Source of the DNA: an uncultured Chloroflexia bacterium
Lineage (GTDB): Bacteria > Chloroflexota > Limnocylindria > Limnocylindrales > CSP1-4
Length of the DNA stretch: 64,000 nucleotides
Assembly (NCBI GenBank): GCA_963838285.1
Contig: CAWIQP010000008.1
Coordinates: forward strand, 88,686-152,685
Direction of reading: 5' to 3'
The notes under the pieces were generated by a model. That model saw only the letters and a program-made list of their open reading frames with translations. It was not told where the DNA came from and did no database searches. A program made the position numbers and the translations under genes. Below, one piece after another: positions 58,185 to 64,000 of the stretch; within the stretch, counting starts at the first letter, position 1; the number at the start of each line of letters is the position of its first letter.

Positions 58185-59753
58185 ATGGAAATGTCGCCGC
58201 CCGCCCGACCTGCGGTCCGAGGTCGATCTGCTACCGTTCCCGGTCGTGGAGCAGCGCAGCCGACCTCGTCGGGCAGACGACCGACCCCCTTCGGGCCGGA
58301 AGCCGGGGTAGCCACGGTCGCGGACGCGGCCGCCTCGGGCCCGACCGCTGAGCTCGATCTGTCGGCGCTCGCCTCGGCGCTCGCGACGTCCGACCCCTCC
58401 GGCCGTCGTCATCCGATCGGGCTGCGTCGGATCCTGATCGGCGACGACGCGCTGACATCCCTGCCGGGCGTCGTGGCCGAGCTGAAGCAGGTCGGGCCGG
58501 TCGTGATGCTGACCGACCCTACCCCCATGAACAGGCGCGGCGAGGACCTCAAGCCTGCCGTCCTGCGACTCCTGGCCGGCACGTTTCCGTGCCGGTGGGA
58601 GATCGTTCGGGGCAGCGCGGCCCAGCTGCACGCGGAAGAGGGTTCCATCGCCGAGGCTCAGACCCTGGTGGCCGGAGCCGGCTGCGTCGTCGTCGTCGGC
58701 TCGGGCACCATCACCGACATCGGCAAGGAGGCCACCCGGCGCGCGGGCGGCATCCCGCTCGTCGCCGTCCAGACGGCGGTTTCCGTCAACGCCTTCTCCG
58801 ACGACATGGCAGTCCTCCTCATCGACGGGGTGAAGCGAACCGTGCCGTCGCGCTGGCCGGATGCCCTCGTGGTCGATCTGTCGGTCATCGCGGATGCGCC
58901 TGTCGAGATGAACAGGGCCGGGTTCGGCGAGCTGGCCTCGATGTATACCGCGCCCGCGGACTGGTACCTCGCCGGCGCGGCCGGCATGGACGACGGCTGG
59001 CTCGGGGCCCCGGTGGAGCTGGCACGCCGGGAGGCCGAGGCACTGCTGGCGGCGGCCGTGCGGATCCACGACCGGGAGCGCGACGCCCTGGCGCTGCTGG
59101 TCCGGGCCATGACGATGAGCGGGATCGCGCTCGGAATCGCGGGCAAGACGGCCCCCCTGTCGGGGAGCGAGCATCTCATAAGCCACATGCTCGACATGGA
59201 CGCGGCGGCGACTGGCCGGGAGGCGGCCTTCCACGGCGCGCAGGTCGGCGTTGGGTCGATCCTGATGGCGATCGTCTGGCGCGAGACACTCGCCCGCTGG
59301 TACGCGGGCGGGTTCGAGATCGGACGACTGTATCCGTCCGCGACCGATCTGGAACCGCAGGTTCGGGCGGCATTCTCGCGCCTGGATCCGTCGGGCCGGG
59401 CCGCGGACGAATGCTGGCGCGACTACTCGCGTAAGCTGGATCGCTGGCACGCGGCGAGACCGCGATTCGAAGCTTTCGTGCGCGATTGGCCGAGGCACAG
59501 GGCGGCGCTCGGATCGCTGGTCGCGGATCCGGCCACGCTCGCCGCGGCCATCGAGCGATCCGGTGCGCCGGCGCGCTTCTCGCAGCTTCGACCGGCGGTT
59601 TCCCCGGACGTCGCCCGCTGGGCTCTCCGCCACTGCCACCTCATGCGCGACCGGTTCACGGTCATGGACCTGCGCTTCTTCGCGGGAAGCTGGGGCGACG
59701 AGGACGTCGAGTCGGCGCTGGGTGTCGCGGCCGGGTTGGGGGCCGGCCTGTGA
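58185..59753 (+). CDS. iron-containing alcohol dehydrogenase superfamily protein, glycerol-1-phosphate dehydrogenase (EgsA/AraM)-like
   Basis: ORF 57972..59753; start uncertain (ATG 58185, or internal starts up to about 58330). Conserved core from IGLRRILIGDDAL...VVVGSGTITDIGKEA (nucleotide loop)...D...H...H metal ligands (SEHLISHMLD...FHGAQVG). Confidence 0.7.
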   Translation: MEMSPPARPAVRGRSATVPGRGAAQPTSSGRRPTPFGPEAGVATVADAAASGPTAELDLSALASALATSDPSGRRHPIGLRRILIGDDALTSLPGVVAELKQVGPVVMLTDPTPMNRRGEDLKPAVLRLLAGTFPCRWEIVRGSAAQLHAEEGSIAEAQTLVAGAGCVVVVGSGTITDIGKEATRRAGGIPLVAVQTAVSVNAFSDDMAVLLIDGVKRTVPSRWPDALVVDLSVIADAPVEMNRAGFGELASMYTAPADWYLAGAAGMDDGWLGAPVELARREAEALLAAAVRIHDRERDALALLVRAMTMSGIALGIAGKTAPLSGSEHLISHMLDMDAAATGREAAFHGAQVGVGSILMAIVWRETLARWYAGGFEIGRLYPSATDLEPQVRAAFSRLDPSGRAADECWRDYSRKLDRWHAARPRFEAFVRDWPRHRAALGSLVADPATLAAAIERSGAPARFSQLRPAVSPDVARWALRHCHLMRDRFTVMDLRFFAGSWGDEDVESALGVAAGLGAGL

Positions 59754-60622
59754 GCGACCGCAAGACGGCCCGAGGGTCCGCGGGCGACTCGGAACGAGGG
59801 CACAATTCGATCGGGTCGCCCCTCCGGCCGGACCGGCTCTACGACGGCTACGTCATCGATCTGGACGGGACGGTCTACCTGGGCAACGCGCTGCTGCCCG
59901 GTGCGCGCCAGACGATCGAGCAGCTGCGCCGGGCCGGGCGCCGCCTGGTCTTCCTCACCAACAAGCCCCTCGAGCGCTCCTCCGACTACGCCGCCAAGCT
60001 GACTCGCCTGGGGCTCCCGACAACGCCAGCGGAGATCGTCTCCTCTACCGACGCGCTGCTGCGCTACCTCGGCGAGAGAGCGGCCGGAGCGCGGATCTTC
60101 CCCGTGGCCGAGCCGCTGCTGTGGGAGCTCCTGGCGGAGGCCGGGTTCGAGACGACGGACCGGCCCGAGCGCGTGGACGTCGTGGTTGCGTCGTTCGACC
60201 GAACCTTCGACTACGCGAAGCTGAAGATCGCCTTCGACGCCATTCGGGCGGGGGCGCGTCTCGTCGCGACGAATCCGGACGCGTTCTGCCCTACTCCCGA
60301 CGGCGGGCTGCCCGACTGCGCGGCAATGCTGGGAGCGATCGAGGGCTGCACCGGGGTGCGAGCCGAGGCGATAGTGGGCAAGCCCTCGCCGCACATGGCG
60401 GCGACGCTGCTGGAGCGTCTGCACGTCGACGCGGCGGAGACGTTGCTCGTGGGCGACCGCCTCGCGACGGACGTGCGGATGGCCGCCGAGGCAGGGATGG
60501 CGAGCGCGCTGGTACTCACGGGAGCCACGCGCGGCAGCGACCTGGCGGCCTCGCCGATCCGGCCGGACTACGTGCTTGAGGAGATCGGCGACCTCCTGCC
60601 GAGGCCCAAGCCATTGCGGTAG
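59750..60622 (+). CDS. HAD-IIA family hydrolase (NagD-like sugar-phosphate phosphatase)
   Basis: GTG at 59750 overlaps the upstream stop. YVIDLDGTVY (DxDGT), FLTNKP, ...VGDRLATDV (motif IV). Confidence 0.8.
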   Translation: MSDRKTARGSAGDSERGHNSIGSPLRPDRLYDGYVIDLDGTVYLGNALLPGARQTIEQLRRAGRRLVFLTNKPLERSSDYAAKLTRLGLPTTPAEIVSSTDALLRYLGERAAGARIFPVAEPLLWELLAEAGFETTDRPERVDVVVASFDRTFDYAKLKIAFDAIRAGARLVATNPDAFCPTPDGGLPDCAAMLGAIEGCTGVRAEAIVGKPSPHMAATLLERLHVDAAETLLVGDRLATDVRMAAEAGMASALVLTGATRGSDLAASPIRPDYVLEEIGDLLPRPKPLR

Positions 60623-60695
60623 CGGTGGCCTTCACCTTTCCCGCCGCGGGAGATACGAGGCCATCGGTCGGCCTCAGGCAATTGCCTGCGGGGCG

Positions 60696-60941
60696 TCAGG
60701 TCCCGGGCGAGTTCGCGGACCGGTCTCCCCGGACGCGTCCGAGCAGAAAGCCCAGCGCGATGCCGAGTCCGAACACGGCGGCCGCGGTCGCGAGCTCGCG
60801 ACGCCAGGTGAGTCCGAAGCGGGCCGTCAGCCGCAGATACCAGAGCGGGGGGTCGGCGTAGTAGACCTGGTCGACTCCGAACTCGGCCGCGAGCTTCGCC
60901 TTCTCCTCGGCGTGGCGGTCGTGACGGTGAAAGAGCTTCAC
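60696..60941 (-). CDS. hypothetical small membrane protein
   Basis: GTG start at 60939-60941 with AGGAGA 7 nt upstream. 81 aa with a C-terminal TM helix (AAAVFGLGIALGFLLG). Confidence 0.5.
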   Translation of the reverse strand: MKLFHRHDRHAEEKAKLAAEFGVDQVYYADPPLWYLRLTARFGLTWRRELATAAAVFGLGIALGFLLGRVRGDRSANSPGT

Positions 60942-61078
60942 GGCTACGTCTCCTGATTGCCCACGCCGTTGCGGCAGGGTCCGATCGGAGGTCTATCTAG
61001 CCGGGGCTCGTCATAGATCGATCATGCCACACCTGATAGATGCTTGATCCCCGCGGGGACCCACCGACTGCGCGCGGA

Positions 61079-61792
61079 CTACCCGGCCGGGTTTGGTTTC
61101 AGGCTGCAGAGCAATGTGCCCGTTCCGACCGCAGTGCGGGTGCCGTCCGTCGCCGTGACGACTACCGTCTGGTCGGTCGTCTGGTAGACGCCGTAGCCGT
61201 CGACGCAGTTCTCCAGGCCGTTCCAGGCGAAGTTCCCGGACCCATCGGCAGGTGTGGTGGTGCCGTAGATGTAGCCGCCCCACGCGTAGGACCAGCTGAT
61301 CGTGATGGGACCGGCGCTGAAGCCAGACCCGCTCACATACGTCGGCAGCCAGTTGTTGTAGCCGAGTGCCGGGCCACTGGAGAACGTCACCGTGGGGCCG
61401 CCCGTGATGGCGACCGCCGTCGGTGAGCTCGTTGCGGTCCAGGACTGCCAGACCGCGGTCGCAGTGTATGTGTAGGTGCCGTTGGACAGCCCGTTGTCGG
61501 TGCAGGTGAGGACCGAGGTCGGCGCGGCCTGGGTCGGGCAGTCGCCGGCGGGGTTCCCGCCGCTTCGCTGCACGTAGTACAGGACGGAGCCCGACCCCGG
61601 TGGCGTGACCGCGGTCCACGCGAGGTTCGCCGTTCCGGCGCCCGCGCTGCCGCTGAGTGCTGGAGCGGCGAGCGTTCCGACCGCGCCACTGCCGCTACCG
61701 ACACCGGTCGCCGTCCAGTGAGCAGTGGCGCCGCCGACCATGACCAGCGCCAACGTCAGGCCGCCCAGCATCGACAGCCACGCGTTCTTCAC
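61079..61792 (-). CDS. secreted protein with a SipW-cognate-type (TasA/camelysin-like) signal peptide, FN3-like body
   Basis: ORF 61079..61882. Likely GTG start at 61792 (VKNAWLSMLGGLTLALVMVGGATAHWTATG; compare the TasA signal ...GGGTWAAF). Gly/Thr/Ser-rich beta-type domain with two Cys. Confidence 0.55.
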   Translation of the reverse strand: MKNAWLSMLGGLTLALVMVGGATAHWTATGVGSGSGAVGTLAAPALSGSAGAGTANLAWTAVTPPGSGSVLYYVQRSGGNPAGDCPTQAAPTSVLTCTDNGLSNGTYTYTATAVWQSWTATSSPTAVAITGGPTVTFSSGPALGYNNWLPTYVSGSGFSAGPITISWSYAWGGYIYGTTTPADGSGNFAWNGLENCVDGYGVYQTTDQTVVVTATDGTRTAVGTGTLLCSLKPNPAG

Positions 61793-61830
61793 GAACGGCG
61801 GCGTGCGCTTCGCGGAAACGGCCGCCGCGT

Positions 61831-62463
61831 TCACGAATGGGCACTTCCGCTGTATGTGAGGGCGAAGCTCTTGTTCTTGCACACGTCCTGGTTCACGCCG
61901 GGCAGGTTGAGGAGCGTGATCTGCGGCGCGCCCGGTGCGCGCGTGAGTGCCACGCTGCCTTTCGCCGGGATGGTTACCGGGTTAGCGGCCGATACGTTCG
62001 ACTGCGTGAGCCGAACGTTGCTCGCGGTGGTGCAGCCCGGTGGAGTACTGTCCGCCGCAATCGCGACGGTCAGGCTCGTCACGACAACCGGCACGCCGTT
62101 CGGGTTCGTGAGGGTTAGCCGAATGGGCGTCGAAACACCGAGCATCAGGTTGCCCACCCCGCCCGCGATGGTGAAGGCCGAGCCGCCGACCTGAGCCACG
62201 TCGCCTCCGCTGCCGGCCACTGTGGGCGATGGCGTCGCCTGGACCAGCACGCCCTGGACGATCTGAGTGCCGGCGGCGGTAGGCACGGCCGGCGACGCCG
62301 GCGTGACCGACGGCGTGCCCTGCGGGACAGCCTTGGGTTCCCCGAGCAGCAGGCCGATCGAGAGCCCGCCGAGCGTGAACGGAAGCAGAAGCAGGAGAGG
62401 GAGCAGCAGGGCGCGGCGCCTCCTGTCCTTGTTGCGGTCTCTGCCGTTGGGCTCGCCCATCAC
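61831..62463 (-). CDS. secreted protein, second member of the TasA-like trio
   Basis: 210 aa: N-terminal RRRALLLPLLLLLPFTLGGLSIGLLLGEP, body related to the third member (…TSLTVAIAADSTPPGCTTASNVRLTQ..., C-terminal NQDVCKNKSFALTYSGS). Confidence 0.5.
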   Translation of the reverse strand: MMGEPNGRDRNKDRRRRALLLPLLLLLPFTLGGLSIGLLLGEPKAVPQGTPSVTPASPAVPTAAGTQIVQGVLVQATPSPTVAGSGGDVAQVGGSAFTIAGGVGNLMLGVSTPIRLTLTNPNGVPVVVTSLTVAIAADSTPPGCTTASNVRLTQSNVSAANPVTIPAKGSVALTRAPGAPQITLLNLPGVNQDVCKNKSFALTYSGSAHS

Positions 62464-62493
62464 CTGCGTGACATCCTCTCGAGCTTCCCCCGA

Positions 62494-63027
62494 CTAACTG
62501 CCTGTAGGGCGACCCTGTTCAGGGCCGCCCTCATCGGCAGTCGGGGTTACGGGACCGAATAGGCGAGGTTGACCGTCGCGCCCTTGCAGGCATCCTGGTT
62601 CGACGCCTTGTCGTTGAACTTGATCTGCGGGCCGCTCCAGGCTTCCCACGCCGGTCCCGGCCAGGATCTCGGCGTTCACGGTTGCCTGCGTCGGCGAGAG
62701 CGTGAAGTCGGTGGGGTCGCAGGTTCCAGAAGGTGCCCCGGCCGCTTTGGTGACCGAGACGATGCTGACGGTCACGGTAGAGATATAGACCGGGCCGGCG
62801 TTCCCGTTGTCGAAGTCGCCGCTGAGCGTCTGGGCGTTGCCACCCGGGTACATCGGGCTGAGCGCGGGGCGGTCTCGTGGACGACGACGTTGACTACCGT
62901 TACCGGCGCTGGCGGTTCCAGTGCCGGACCCGCTCGCCGTCCAGAACGCATAGGCGACCCCGCTGGCAGCGACAACCGCCAGCAGACCGATCGCCAGCGG
63001 AAGGAGCAGCCGCTTCTTCATCCTCAT
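62494..63027 (-). CDS. secreted protein with a SipW-cognate-type signal peptide (TasA-like), first gene of the trio; frameshifted
   Basis: AAAGGGGAGAAG RBS then MRMKKRLLLPLAIGLLAVVAASGVAYAFWTASG. The body (GDFDNGNAGPVYISTVTVSIVSVTKAAGAPSGTCDPTDFTL) parallels gene 2. The C-terminus is probably in another frame (AWEAWSGPQIKFNDKASNQDACKGATVNLAYSVP*, TAA at 62547-62549), and there is a short out-of-frame stretch near 62870-62895. Confidence 0.55.
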   Translation of the reverse strand: MRMKKRLLLPLAIGLLAVVAASGVAYAFWTASGSGTGTASAGNGSQRRRPRDRPALSPMYPGGNAQTLSGDFDNGNAGPVYISTVTVSIVSVTKAAGAPSGTCDPTDFTLSPTQATVNAEILAGTGVGSLERPADQVQRQGVEPGCLQGRDGQPRLFGPVTPTADEGGPEQGRPTGS

Positions 63028-63323
63028 GTTCGTCTTCTCCCCTTTGTGATGAACCCGGGCTCATGAGAGCCCGGATCGCCATGAGATCGATGTCCCACCG
63101 ATTGCCGGGGCCGGGAACCCCAGCGTGGCGGGACTGGGAGAAAGGGACGGCGCGGTGCTCATGATCGCCAGGTCGTTGACCCTTGCTACCCGATAGGCCG
63201 TATCAGACCGCCGGATGCATGAGGCCACAACGTGACCTCGGGATATGCGCCGCCGGTACCTTGGTCACATGAGAGGCACAACTTGTCAGGACCGTCACGG
63301 GCGGTCTCTCCCCGGCGCGAGTC

Positions 63324-63846
63324 TCAGCCTCCCAGAGCGAACCGCTCCGCGACCGTCCACGACCCCTCCTCCTCGCTACCGACCATCAGCCAGACTTGGT
63401 CGACCGAGGATCGAATCGGGAGACCCGGCGTGACCTCCGCCTCGGCGACGGCGATCTCCTCGAGCGTGGCACCGGCGGCGATCGAGAGATGCGGGATCAC
63501 CTCGCGAAAAGACCCTCCGTAAGGCGGGTAGTCTGGGAACTCCCGCACGATGATTCTCGGTCAGGGTGCGAAAGGGTCCGTCTGGCGACGGCGCAAGATA
63601 CAGGACTTGGTTGCCAAAGCGGCGAGGTCCCACGAGCGAGAAGGCGAACGGCTCCGCCCCGCCCACCAGGGTTCGCAGGCGAGAAACCGCGCCGGCGTCG
63701 ACGGTCTCCGGCGGCGCAAATGGATAGACCAGGGTGATGTGTGCGGGAATGCCCCAGCGCGCACTCCGGTCCAGCTGCCAGCGCCACGAGCCGACGAGTT
63801 GCTCCGCCGCAGGGACCGGGACGATCAACGCGCTCAAGGTTGGCAT
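63324..63846 (-). CDS. 2H phosphoesterase superfamily protein (LigT / 2'-5' RNA ligase-like); one frameshift
   Basis: ORF 63376..63846 (MPTLSALIVPVPAAE...GIPAHITLVYPF: first H-x-T motif) continues after an A-homopolymer frame change near 63540 into ORF 63324..63548 (...REFPDYPPYGGSFREVIPHLSIA: second H-x-S motif). Confidence 0.6.
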
Positions 63847-64000
63847 GTCGTCCGAATCTCGGCGAGCTCAATCACTTTGTCAATTGCCGGCGGCGGCGGC
63901 TCGAAGAGGTCCCAGGAGCAGCGAGCACCGGCGGTCGAGCAAGTCCCCCCACCCGCCACGACGCCGCGATGGCACCGGCGATTCTCGTGCGGCCGGTGGA

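Noticed and set aside
63050-63330. Plus-strand TTGACC ... TATCAG promoter-like hexamers upstream of the secreted-protein operon
   Set aside because: The operon is on the minus strand, and the -10 candidate is non-canonical. I cannot support a promoter call from sequence alone.
1-64000. Search for tRNA, rRNA, integrase, transposase, phage structural genes and toxin-antitoxin pairs
   Set aside because: I found none. Intergenic regions are short and lack cloverleaf-like structure, and no ORF has recombinase or phage hallmarks. The window appears to be core or accessory chromosome, not a mobile element.

Overview
High-GC (roughly 70% G+C by eye) chromosomal segment of actinobacterial type: three LCP (LytR-CpsA-Psr) paralogs, DhaKL, and a third-position G/C codon bias that makes every frame rich in Arg/Pro/Gly shadow ORFs. 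I found no rRNA, tRNA, CRISPR array, transposase, integrase or phage genes. Left to right the window holds: a lipB fragment; a multi-PAS hybrid histidine kinase; LCP paralog 1; a UvrD-type helicase fused to a Cas4-like Fe-S PD-(D/E)XK nuclease; a minus-strand block of Mth938-like protein, zinc-ribbon/Pro-Ala-repeat membrane protein and a ~2,000-aa secreted S53 (sedolisin-type) peptidase with long Ig-like repeat arrays and a ~125-aa triplicated C-terminal repeat I cannot assign; a DMT transporter, S51 peptidase, GNAT and LCP paralog 2; a Zn alcohol dehydrogenase; a tyrosine-phenol-lyase/tryptophanase-type lyase. Next comes a c-di-GMP signalling neighbourhood (hybrid PAS kinase with two REC plus Hpt, REC-GGDEF, FNR-like reductase, CYTH, GGDEF/HD-GYP), then two lipoproteins flanking LCP paralog 3, a LacI regulator, and an unusual GGDEF protein with an alpha/alpha-toroid (prenyltransferase/terpene-cyclase-like) N-terminal half beside an SPFH/flotillin protein. 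The right third (41-60.6 kb) is a ~20-kb carbohydrate catabolic island. It combines the signature enzymes of tetritol/tetrulose catabolism (FGGY kinase, DhaK/DhaL kinase, TIM paralog, RpiB paralog, SDR polyol dehydrogenases, SorC regulator) with an LsrF/DhnA-type class I aldolase, an RPE-like epimerase, a PdxB/PGDH-like dehydrogenase, a G1P-dehydrogenase-like Fe-ADH and a HAD-IIA phosphatase. It also contains a DSD1/D-threonine-aldolase-like PLP enzyme, a cyclase-family hydrolase, an APC permease and DUF4432. This island is my best candidate for a previously undescribed system, most likely a variant C4/C5 ketose or polyol pathway. The window ends with three SipW-cognate/TasA-like secreted proteins and a 2H phosphoesterase. 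Caveat: at least 25 apparent frameshifts, many in compensating pairs and several at homopolymers, interrupt otherwise well-conserved genes. Assembly indel error is as likely as pseudogenisation, so boundaries are approximate and ORF-track starts (which include TTG/GTG) are unreliable.
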